DNA of 32,000 nt from Aliinostoc sp. HNIBRCY26 (GTDB taxonomy: Bacteria > Cyanobacteriota > Cyanobacteriia > Cyanobacteriales > Nostocaceae): NCBI RefSeq assembly GCF_050235535.1, contig NZ_CP189852.1:6324585-6356584 (forward strand). The letters are read 5' to 3'. The position numbers and the translations under genes are program-made. Under the pieces are notes generated by a model. That model was given only the letters and a program-made list of their open reading frames with translations. It was not told where the DNA came from and did not search any database. Positions 1 through 8,113 of this stretch are shown piece after piece (within the stretch, counting starts at the first letter, position 1; the number at the start of each line of letters is the position of its first letter).

Positions 1-1630
1 GCTCATCAAGCGGATATTTTTTGTCTTTTAAAATTTCAATTTTTTTCATGAAATCAAAATCTCGTAATTCTTCACCATTGGTTATTTTATCTACTAATAT
101 TAAATTTCCTATATTACCAACTATTGTTTCGTCTCCTTTTGATTGTGGTAGTAAGTGTTCAATACTAGCAGAATTATGATCGATGGGTAGCCCATTAATG
201 TTATTCCCTGTGAGTTTTTCCAGTATATATTGGATGACTTTTTTATCTCTTTGTTTATTTTTGGTATAAATTAAATCCATGAAATTTACTTCAAATTCAT
301 CAAAACTAGGTAGTTTATCTTTGAGTTTCCTTAACAATTCACTATTAATTGACTGAATTTTATCGAAATTGCTAGTCTTAGAAAGCTCTTGAGCATATTT
401 GGCATAAAGTGGTGCAATTGAACCAGAAGACCTTTGAGAAGTAATCGAATTAAAAATAAAATGAAAACATTCAATTTTCCATAGTATCTGACGTAATGCT
501 CTCAATGTTATCTTCTCTTCTCTGTATGCTCGAATTAGAGATAAAATCATTGATGTTTGTTGCTTGACGTTAAAAAGACGTAATGCCTTTAACGATTGAT
601 AAATACTGTTTTTTTCTTCATGACTCCATTGGTGACTATCAGGAGATACTATGGAAATATAATAATTTGAATTTTTTTGAAATTCTAGTAATAATAAACG
701 AGCTTTACTTTCGGATTCGTTTCTAGTATTAGAATCAATAAAATTTTTAATTTCACCAAATAATTGTTTTTGAGTCGTATCACCATATTTAGAAAGCCAA
801 TGGTGATATAAAAAGCTTTCTATAATATTATTATCTAATCCATTATCATCAAATTTTTCTAAGATACCATTCCACACAACTTTATAAGAATCTATTGTAA
901 TATTGGCTGCTCTTAGCTTTTGTAATAATAAATTCTTAACTAAATCTGGTGTAGTTAGATCCTTTCCTCTAGTATTTAGAGTTTCAAATATTAAATAAGC
1001 ATCATCTTCATTGTCTAATTGAATAAATACTAGCTTTAAGGAAAGAACTTTGTTCCTTATTATTTTTAGAATTTCTATAATTTGAGATTTTTGTTCTGTA
1101 GATAAATCATTGCAATAGTTATTTATATCCAATTCAGGAATCATTGACGAAAGGTTCTTATTAATTAGTTCAAATGCAGATTTCAGATTTTGTTCTTCAT
1201 TACCTGGTGTATATTGTATGTCTGCTTTTTGAAAGCTTTGTATATGGTCTTGTAAATAAGGAAATGATGTTTCTGCATCTAGAATATATTCATTTATATT
1301 GTCTATATTCGCTTTTTCTATATATCTATGTACTCCTCTAGCTAAGTTTTCATCTCCAGCCTTAAGGAAAGCATTTCTTATCGCAGCAAGCATTAATGTA
1401 ATAGTTGTTAATCTTTGTTGCCCATCAACTATTCCATAATATGGCTTCTCTATTTGGTAAACAACCATTGAACCAATAAAATAATGTTCATAATCTCTAA
1501 TTACTACATCTTCCCAAAAATTCCTAACCTCCTCATCTGTCCATGAATAGGGACGTTGAAATCTTGGAATTTTAAAATAACCCAGAGAAAATATGTCTTG
1601 AACTTCTTTGTCATTAGCTTCGATTTTCAT
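1..1630 (-). CDS. GmrSD-family type IV restriction-like protein (N-terminal DUF262/ParB-like domain + C-terminal DUF1524 His-Me finger nuclease domain); the 3' end lies beyond the window edge
   Basis: This gene is missing from the ORF track because it is open to the window edge. I translated the minus strand by hand from the ATG at 1630-1628. The product reads MKIEANDKEVQDIFSLGYFKIPRFQRPYSWTDEEVRNFWEDV...YYGIVDGQQRLTTITLMLAAIRNAF, which contains the DUF262 'DGQQR' block. Further on it reads ...DAYLIFETLNTRGKDLTTPDLVKN, the 'FExLNxRGxxL' block. Near position 60-170 it reads NSASIEHLLPQSKGDETIVGNIGNLILVDKITNGE, a DUF1524-type 'EHxxPQ...GNL...N' signature. The frame stayed open across all 543 codons I translated, despite very AT-rich sequence. 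Confidence 0.85.
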   Translation of the reverse strand, partial: MKIEANDKEVQDIFSLGYFKIPRFQRPYSWTDEEVRNFWEDVVIRDYEHYFIGSMVVYQIEKPYYGIVDGQQRLTTITLMLAAIRNAFLKAGDENLARGVHRYIEKANIDNINEYILDAETSFPYLQDHIQSFQKADIQYTPGNEEQNLKSAFELINKNLSSMIPELDINNYCNDLSTEQKSQIIEILKIIRNKVLSLKLVFIQLDNEDDAYLIFETLNTRGKDLTTPDLVKNLLLQKLRAANITIDSYKVVWNGILEKFDDNGLDNNIIESFLYHHWLSKYGDTTQKQLFGEIKNFIDSNTRNESESKARLLLLEFQKNSNYYISIVSPDSHQWSHEEKNSIYQSLKALRLFNVKQQTSMILSLIRAYREEKITLRALRQILWKIECFHFIFNSITSQRSSGSIAPLYAKYAQELSKTSNFDKIQSINSELLRKLKDKLPSFDEFEVNFMDLIYTKNKQRDKKVIQYILEKLTGNNINGLPIDHNSASIEHLLPQSKGDETIVGNIGNLILVDKITNGEELRDFDFMKKIEILKDKKYPLDE

Positions 1631-1850
1631 TGATTTTAATCCTGTATGTATTACAAGAAGAATTGTATTGATTACAAGAGTGCTAAGCTAATAAATTATG
1701 CACCCGAAGATAATACACATTATTACTTATTAATTAGTAGGATTGCCAATGTTTTAGAAGCTAGAAACAGATTTCCAGAAACTGTTACTTCTAGTTATGA
1801 GACAACAAAATCCATTTTTTCTTTTGCCTTCTTACTTTTACCTGATTGTA

Positions 1851-4511
1851 CTAGGCAGGAAGCCAGGTGTGTAACCAACTATCTCGACGCTGGGCAAAGT
1901 CATACAGCAAATCTGGTCTTGTTTCCCGCAAGCATCTGAGGGCTTCGTGTTGGGACATGGCGGTGTTAGCCAGTCCTTGAAGAATTGCCATTTGGCGTTT
2001 CCAGGTGGCTGCATCTTCCACCGGTTCTACAAAGCGTGTGTGTACTTGTTGCCCAACTAACAAAGTGTCATAGGAGTGATCGTCCGAGAAAAACTCTGGT
2101 GGATGCACTGTATAAAATAGGGAATTGCGATAAGACAAAGGTGCGCGTTCTTGAAACAATGCTAGACGTTCTGCTGCACCGGAAATATCTGTGTCTTTAT
2201 TGGCTGCTTGCCAGAAGGGAGTAGAGAGGCGGCGATTAAATTTGTAGTGAATTCCCAAAAACCAGCGTAGCGCATCCCAACGGTCATTAATTTTGCGATT
2301 GAGTGTAGATTTAATCGCTTCATCGCGTCTTGAAGCTGGTAGGTTATTCATGAGAAGTTCTAATTCCAGCACAATCATATGTAGTGCTGTTGATTCTAAG
2401 GGTTCGACAAAACCATAGGAATTACCGATCGCCACTACATTACCACGCCAAAAATGCTCATGTCGTCCAGAGCGAAACTTCACTACCCAAGGTTCACTCA
2501 TCCCCGGATTTTTCGCCCGCATTTCTGCTACCGCCTGTTCTACACTACAGAATGCAGATGAAAACACATAGCCTCGATGGTCGGCATCTTCAAAGGGTAT
2601 ATTCCAACACCAACCATTATTCATGGTTTCCGCTAGGGTGTAAGGTTTGACTGTGCCGTTATGGGGAACAGTGGCAGCGATCGCCTGATCAGTGAAGAGT
2701 GTATCCTGATAACTGACGAATTTTGAGCCAAGTTTCTGCTCTAGTAGGAAGGAGCGAAAGCCAGAGCAATCAATATACAAATCGTAAGTTAGTTTCTGCC
2801 CATCGTCGGTGATTAAATGGGTGATGTTTTCGCCATCAGCAGCAAGTTGAGCATCACAAATCTGCACATCTAAATGCTCAATTCCAGATGCTAAGGCTTC
2901 TTCCTTGAGATAGCCAATGAATCGGCGATTATCTAGGTGATAAGCCCAGCGCACTAGATGTAGTAATGATAAAGGCTTACCATCACCCCGATCAAAAATA
3001 GGGGCGCGATCGCTACTCATTAACATTGCTCCCAATGACTGATTATTCAACGTGGCATCATAGAGGACTGATTCTAGCAAGCGTCCGCGCTGAAAGGGAA
3101 ATGTAAAATCGTAATCACCCGGTAGTCCCCATTGAAACTTAATGCCCAATTTCCAGGTAGGCGCGACTCGCCGATAAAAATCAACGATGTCCAACCCTAA
3201 GAAGCGGGGACTGTGGAGAAACTTCACCAGTTCAGGCGTTGTGGCTTCCCCCACACCAATCACCGGGATGGCACTCGATTCCAGCAATGTCACTTTAATA
3301 TCTGGATGGAAGGTACGAAAAGCCAAAGCTGTTAAATATCCTGCCGTTCCGCCACCTAAAATCCCCACGGTTTGGTAACTATCGGCAGATGGACGAATAT
3401 TAGCTTGCAGGGGATTCGGCCAAATTCTAGCGATTTCCTCAGCAGCAGCTGCGATCGCACTTCTTTCCAACACTCCCAACGGTGCATCTAATTGGGGTGT
3501 ACACTCCTGACATTCACCACTAGGAAATAGCCTTTTGACAATGCGATCGCCCTGACGATTAATTTTGACAACGCTAGTAGCGCGAGTTGGTGTGAAAGTA
3601 GACAAAACTGCGATCGCTTCTTCAATACAAGCTTGGGCTATGGATGGGAAGGGTGTGGGGGTGTAGGGGTGTGGGGGTGTGGGGGAAAGAATAGGGGTTG
3701 ACAGGTGCGGCAAGATATCCTTTAAGACTGAGGGAATAGCTTCCAAGGTGACGACTCGACAACCAAAACAAGCGGTTGCACCTTTAATCACTGTGGGGCC
3801 GATGAGTGCTGTGTCTGGGGAAGCCGTGACAAATAAACACGGTTTCCCAGTGGCTAAGGCTGATTGATTAACATCGAAAAGTGCTTGATATGGCACACCT
3901 TCCAAAGCACACACCACAAAGTCGAATTCTGCCAAAATTTCACAAAGTTGAGCAACAGTCACAGCGTCTAGATGATTGTGGGTTACTGTGAAAGAGCCGT
4001 TAAAAATTATCCGTTCTTGCTGGAAATTGACGAATTCCGGGGTTTTACAGGAAGCGAAATCTGTAATATTCAAAGCACGGCAGTTTTCAAACCCTGCGTC
4101 AGTAAAACTTTGAGTCAGAGTATCCAGTAATTGGTGATTGCCTAAAATAGCGATCGCCTTCTGTTTGATATCATCGGGAACGGTGGGCAATTTCCAGCCT
4201 AGATTTTGGGGTGTGACTCCAGTTGTCAGCGATTCTTCTAATATATGCAGTTGAGTTAAAGCGGCAAGAATTTCCTGTAGGTAGTGGCGATGATATTTAT
4301 TTGCTAGTTCAACATAAATTGATTCTAGGGTTCGCACGCCATCAATTAGCGTGAGTAACTCGCGGATGATATCTGGTTGAATACCTTCGAGGGCGAATAC
4401 ATCATTACCTACCCAACTACACATCTCACCCGCCGGATTGAGGAGTAAATGAGCATTGGGATTAATGCGAGGTACGGAGGGAATAGTATTTACGAACTCA
4501 GCCATTGACAT
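1851..4511 (-). CDS. Fusion protein: N-terminal RiPP leader-binding module (PqqD-like RRE + E1-like 'TOMM precursor leader peptide-binding'/cyclodehydratase-docking domain) fused to a C-terminal flavin-dependent halogenase of the tryptophan halogenase family
   Basis: This is the 886-aa track ORF. Residues ~45-95 (IIRELLTLIDGVRTLESIYVELANKYHRHYLQEILAALTQLHILEE) follow the PqqD/RRE winged-helix pattern. Residues ~110-370 lack a GxGxxG motif and contain FDVNQSALATGKPCLFVTASPDTALIGPTVIKGATACFGC plus a later CQEC; this CxxC...CxxC pairing is typical of E1-like docking domains (TIGR03882-like). From ~aa 383 the sequence reads GILGGGTAGY (FAD GxGxxG), VIGVGEATTP, WKLGIKFQWG (candidate catalytic Lys block), GWCWNIPF (WxWxIP) and GNSYGFVEPLESTA. 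It overlaps the upstream halogenase gene by 22 nt, or 16 nt if Met3 is the start. Confidence 0.8.
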   Translation of the reverse strand: MSMAEFVNTIPSVPRINPNAHLLLNPAGEMCSWVGNDVFALEGIQPDIIRELLTLIDGVRTLESIYVELANKYHRHYLQEILAALTQLHILEESLTTGVTPQNLGWKLPTVPDDIKQKAIAILGNHQLLDTLTQSFTDAGFENCRALNITDFASCKTPEFVNFQQERIIFNGSFTVTHNHLDAVTVAQLCEILAEFDFVVCALEGVPYQALFDVNQSALATGKPCLFVTASPDTALIGPTVIKGATACFGCRVVTLEAIPSVLKDILPHLSTPILSPTPPHPYTPTPFPSIAQACIEEAIAVLSTFTPTRATSVVKINRQGDRIVKRLFPSGECQECTPQLDAPLGVLERSAIAAAAEEIARIWPNPLQANIRPSADSYQTVGILGGGTAGYLTALAFRTFHPDIKVTLLESSAIPVIGVGEATTPELVKFLHSPRFLGLDIVDFYRRVAPTWKLGIKFQWGLPGDYDFTFPFQRGRLLESVLYDATLNNQSLGAMLMSSDRAPIFDRGDGKPLSLLHLVRWAYHLDNRRFIGYLKEEALASGIEHLDVQICDAQLAADGENITHLITDDGQKLTYDLYIDCSGFRSFLLEQKLGSKFVSYQDTLFTDQAIAATVPHNGTVKPYTLAETMNNGWCWNIPFEDADHRGYVFSSAFCSVEQAVAEMRAKNPGMSEPWVVKFRSGRHEHFWRGNVVAIGNSYGFVEPLESTALHMIVLELELLMNNLPASRRDEAIKSTLNRKINDRWDALRWFLGIHYKFNRRLSTPFWQAANKDTDISGAAERLALFQERAPLSYRNSLFYTVHPPEFFSDDHSYDTLLVGQQVHTRFVEPVEDAATWKRQMAILQGLANTAMSQHEALRCLRETRPDLLYDFAQRRDSWLHTWLPA
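3651..3685. repeat. Tandem octamer repeat (coding strand CCCCCACA/CCCCTACA, about 4 units) embedded in frame in the fusion gene
   Basis: The plus strand reads gggtgtgggg gtgtaggggt gtgggggtgt ggggg, with 'tgt' recurring every 8 nt (3654, 3662, 3670, 3678). It encodes the PTPPHPYTPTPFP insert. Near-identical copies lie at 9581-9600 (in the LanB-like gene) and 12559-12588 (intergenic). Confidence 0.8.
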
Positions 4512-5992
4512 TTTCTTTCCTTCACAACCTGAATTGCCTCATGAATTGATAAGGCGTTGTCACAATTTTTGATGAAATAGTTTTTGACTTGTCGCCAATA
4601 ATCTAAATCTAAGGTGTCGTGTTTGTTTTGATACTTTGTTACCACCCGTTGACCCATCAGCAGATTCAGATAACCGTTATATCCAAACACACTATTAGGA
4701 CGAAGGAGAATTTGGCCTATGGGTGATGGGCCATTGTTTTGAAAAAAGTCTACGATCGCGGCTGCTTCGCCAATATCAGTGTATTGTTGGCAGTGTTGCC
4801 AAAACTCCGATTCTACATAGTGATTGAACTTAAAATGAATCGATAAAAAGTCACGAATATCATCCCATTTTTGAGCGATCGCCCGATTTGCCAAATTAAT
4901 TAACGCTGGGGTGGGTCGTTGGTCTGAATCAATTAACACATCGCATACACATTTAATGGTTTCGCCAATCATGTGTAATCCCGTTGATTCTAAGGGTTCT
5001 ACAAAACCTGACGCATTGCCAACTGCGACCACATTCTTCACCCAAAATCGTTGATGTCGTCCTGATTTAAACCTAATCTGACTAACATCGTCACTCATCA
5101 GGGGATTTTTCTGTTTCATCTCTTGCAGTGCTGCATCATCACTGATAAAAGCAGATGAATAGACATAGCCCCGATTGACACGATCCTGTAAATCAATTTG
5201 CCAACACCATCCCGCCTGCATAGTTTCGGCGGTGGTGAAGGGATAAATTGGATCATCTCGCATCCATGTGCCTGTGACAGCAGAATCACAGAATAAGCTA
5301 GTAGCAAAACTGCAAAAAGGTTCTTGGAGAATTTCTCCAAGCAACGTAGAACGAAACCCAGAACAATCAATAAACAAATCACCAGTTACACTTTTCCCAT
5401 TTTGCAAGCGTAGTTGGTGAATATCGCCATTTTCAGCCACTGTAATATCTACAACAGGCTGATCAATAATCTGAATGCCAAGTTCTAAAGCGCGCTTTTC
5501 TAGATATGCCACAAAACTAGAATTTTCGATATGGTAGCCAAAGCGTTCGTCAATAACAAACTCTCCATCTTTGCGACGGAAGCAAGGCGATTTATACTGC
5601 TCCATCAACAGAGAGTAAATACTAGAGTCTGTAGTAGAGTCTAGACAATAATAAGCCGTGCTTTTTTGCAAAACAGCCAGTTTATCCGCCAAATGAGTCA
5701 CAAAAGGATAGTTGAAGTGAGACTGGCTAGGATCTCCCCAAATAAACTTAATTCCCAGTTTCCAAACAGGTTGGGTTTCCTCGTAAAATTGCTCACGATT
5801 GAATCCCAAATACTGATGGAGAAACCAAGGTATCCAGGCGGTAGTTGCTTCACCAACTCCAATAATGGGAATAGTAGTAGAATGAACTACCACCACATTT
5901 AAAAATGGCATTTTGACCTTGAGAGCTAAGGCAGAGAGAAACCCTGCACTACCTCCGCCGAAGATTACAACATTATGTATTATCTTTTCCAC
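4490..5992 (-). CDS. Flavin-dependent halogenase, tryptophan halogenase family (stand-alone)
   Basis: This is the 500-aa track ORF, and it uses a GTG start (plus-strand 'cac' at 5990-5992). Motifs seen are VIFGGGSAGF (GxGxxG), IIGVGEATT, WKLGIKFIWG, GWCWQIDL (a WxWxID variant of WxWxIP) and GNASGFVEPLESTG. It is a paralog of the C-terminal half of the downstream fusion protein. Confidence 0.85.
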   Translation of the reverse strand: MEKIIHNVVIFGGGSAGFLSALALKVKMPFLNVVVVHSTTIPIIGVGEATTAWIPWFLHQYLGFNREQFYEETQPVWKLGIKFIWGDPSQSHFNYPFVTHLADKLAVLQKSTAYYCLDSTTDSSIYSLLMEQYKSPCFRRKDGEFVIDERFGYHIENSSFVAYLEKRALELGIQIIDQPVVDITVAENGDIHQLRLQNGKSVTGDLFIDCSGFRSTLLGEILQEPFCSFATSLFCDSAVTGTWMRDDPIYPFTTAETMQAGWCWQIDLQDRVNRGYVYSSAFISDDAALQEMKQKNPLMSDDVSQIRFKSGRHQRFWVKNVVAVGNASGFVEPLESTGLHMIGETIKCVCDVLIDSDQRPTPALINLANRAIAQKWDDIRDFLSIHFKFNHYVESEFWQHCQQYTDIGEAAAIVDFFQNNGPSPIGQILLRPNSVFGYNGYLNLLMGQRVVTKYQNKHDTLDLDYWRQVKNYFIKNCDNALSIHEAIQVVKERKCQWLSS

Positions 5993-6355
5993 ACGAATAT
6001 CTCAAAAATATCGACTTATTTATCAAAAAATATTAAGAAAAGTAGACGATTTTGGATGTCTATTTTCTTTATGTCATATGACATTTGGGAACAGAGCAAA
6101 ACTAATTAATATAGCACAAATAAATATTTTGGCTATAAGTTAATTTCACTTAACAGGACGTTGCGCTGCGTTTAAACACAACTTAAGAACTTAAAATTCA
6201 TTTACAAACGCTATGTAATTAAATTTAGTAATTGTTTGTCACCAATCTTATCAATAGATTCTAGAATTTCTTCTTAAATTACTTAAAGATTTGTACTGTT
6301 CATGAGACAAATCAGATAGGATTTGCTGACAGTATTAGATACGGAAATAACTATA
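5993..6355. promoter_or_regulatory. Divergent promoter/control region between the halogenase operon (minus) and the MBL-LanB-MBL operon (plus)
   Basis: This is a ~360-bp AT-rich, stop-rich spacer between two divergently oriented gene sets. It contains a perfect 14-bp palindrome, ATGTCATATGACAT, at 6071-6084. I could not assign -10/-35 elements with confidence. Confidence 0.4.
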
Positions 6356-8113
6356 ATGCGTGTCACTATCTGTGGCCATGCTGCTTTATATATCGAAACT
6401 ATTGATCAACGCATCTTGCTTGATCCATGCTTTGCTGATGAACTTGTGGGCGGGACACTCACCTACTATCCAGGTCGGGTATTTAACTTAGATAAACTGC
6501 CCGACCTGACGGCTATAGTGGTGACACACGGACACTTTGATCACTTTCATCGTCCAACACTAGAACAATTGCCCCGTGAACTACCTGTGATTACAGCCGA
6601 TGAGCCGGAACTGTTAGCACAGTTACAGCAAATGGGATTTGCCGATGTGAGAGTCTGTCAACCTTGGCAAGCGATCGCCCTCGGACAAACTCACTTACTC
6701 CCCACGCCTTCCGACCATGAAGAACCAGAATTTGGGTTAGTGGTGCGGGATGTGACAGGGACATTTTGGCACATGGCAGACGCAGAAGTTACGGTAGAAA
6801 TTGGCGATCGCCTCACCCAAGCCTATGGTGCAATTGATCTGATTTCCACTAAGTATCAGCCAGTAGTCCGGGCTAGCATGGGCTATCAGCATGGCATGGG
6901 GGCAACGTTTGACCGAGAAGGGGTAGTGAGTTGGTTAGAAGCAGCTTGTGCCTGTAACCCGGCTTTAATCTTCCCCTACGCTTCCGGGCTGTGTTTTAAT
7001 GGTCGCCATGCCTGGTTTAATCGTTATGCCTTCCCCTTAAGTGCAGAAGAAACAGTGCGCTTGTTGCAACGTCGCCTCGGCTCTCCAGAACGAGCCACAA
7101 CAGTGCGTCCTGGCGATGTGATTGAACTTCAGGCTGGTCAGCATCCCCAGCGACATGAACAAGCAGCCGGTTTCGTCAAAGCCAAGCCTTCTCAGGTATT
7201 GCGCTGGCAACCTGTCGATATCAGCACCCTCACGGGACTATCAACACCAGAAGCACGGCGGACTCTACAACGACAACTAGAGGCGTTATTACTGACAGGA
7301 AAATTTGTCTCATGGCTGCAAAGCATAGTCAAACATACTGATACCATTTGGGCTAAGTTTCCCTCTGAGCAGGTTGTTTGGCAATTGGTAGTTCATGCTG
7401 GGGATGGCGAACTGTTAAACTATGCCATTGATTTTCGCTCTCAAGATTTGGCTGTGGTGTCCGGTGAACATCCAGAAGCCAACTTCTTTACCCACATTGC
7501 CGGACAAGCTTTGGCAGAAGTGATGACGGGCGAAAAACCAGGGCTAATTTTTTGGCTAGCTGGGGAGGTGCGGAGTTATGAAAAGGTGATTTGTCTCCGC
7601 AATGGTCGTTTTGCCGCTCCACAGTGGCCGGATATACCTGAAGATTTCCCCTCCGACCCCCTAACTTACTACCTCCGTCATTTTGGGGCGGGAAACATCC
7701 CTACTGAGCAGCTAGAGACAGCAGCGAATTCTCTTGGAAGTCCCGATGATATTCAGATTTTGACGCGTCTGGGGGAAAACGCAGGAGTCATCAGCAAAAA
7801 AGTTCTCTTGGCTTATTTGGCGGTGAAAGAAGCAGAACGTTTAGGGCTGAATATTTCTGATGCGGAAATTCAAGCCATGTCTGACTCGTTTCGAGAGCAG
7901 TTTAATTTGCAAGATAGCCAAGCTACAGAACAATGGTTAAAGGAAGCAGGATTAAGTCTAGAAGCATACTCGGCCGTGATGCGAGATTTCACTGCCGTCC
8001 TGAAGTTAGAACAGCATTACACTAGCGTTATTGAGCCGTGGCTGGCCAATCATCGCCGTGTGGCTACAGCTCGTTATGCGCGATCGCATCCAGACTCCAC
8101 AGACAATGAATAA
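6356..8113 (+). CDS. MBL-fold metallo-hydrolase (Lactamase_B_2/3-like) with a ~330-aa C-terminal extension of unknown function
   Basis: The track ORF 6323-8113 begins at a TTG. I prefer the ATG at 6356 (MRVTICGHAALYIETIDQRILLDPCF...), which is a typical MBL N-terminus. The HxHxDH-type motif is VVTHGHFDHFH. The C-terminal tail (...VLLAYLAVKEAERLGLNISDAEIQAMSDSFREQFNLQDSQATEQWLKEAGLSLEAYSAVMRDF...) resembles SurA-N/PpiD-like chaperone helices, but this is a weak impression by eye. The stop overlaps the next gene's start within ATGAATAA (8106-8113). Confidence 0.8.
   Translation: MRVTICGHAALYIETIDQRILLDPCFADELVGGTLTYYPGRVFNLDKLPDLTAIVVTHGHFDHFHRPTLEQLPRELPVITADEPELLAQLQQMGFADVRVCQPWQAIALGQTHLLPTPSDHEEPEFGLVVRDVTGTFWHMADAEVTVEIGDRLTQAYGAIDLISTKYQPVVRASMGYQHGMGATFDREGVVSWLEAACACNPALIFPYASGLCFNGRHAWFNRYAFPLSAEETVRLLQRRLGSPERATTVRPGDVIELQAGQHPQRHEQAAGFVKAKPSQVLRWQPVDISTLTGLSTPEARRTLQRQLEALLLTGKFVSWLQSIVKHTDTIWAKFPSEQVVWQLVVHAGDGELLNYAIDFRSQDLAVVSGEHPEANFFTHIAGQALAEVMTGEKPGLIFWLAGEVRSYEKVICLRNGRFAAPQWPDIPEDFPSDPLTYYLRHFGAGNIPTEQLETAANSLGSPDDIQILTRLGENAGVISKKVLLAYLAVKEAERLGLNISDAEIQAMSDSFREQFNLQDSQATEQWLKEAGLSLEAYSAVMRDFTAVLKLEQHYTSVIEPWLANHRRVATARYARSHPDSTDNE

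Noticed and set aside
1646-1939. A 97-aa plus-strand ORF in the gap between the GmrSD gene and the halogenase fusion gene
   Set aside because: It overlaps the 3' end of the fusion gene in antisense. It is low-complexity and AT-driven, with no recognisable motif. It most likely lies in promoter DNA of the GmrSD gene.
6323-6355. A TTG-initiated 11-codon extension of the first MBL ORF
   Set aside because: The MBL fold starts at MRVTICGHA (ATG 6356). The TTG start is only the first in-frame alternative start codon after a stop.
8031-8105. The upstream extension of the LanB-like ORF (MSRGWPIIAVWLQLVMRDRIQTPQT)
   Set aside because: It lies wholly inside the 3' end of the preceding MBL gene in another frame. 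The ATG at 8106 forms a classic ATGAATAA stop/start overlap and begins the conserved part of the protein.
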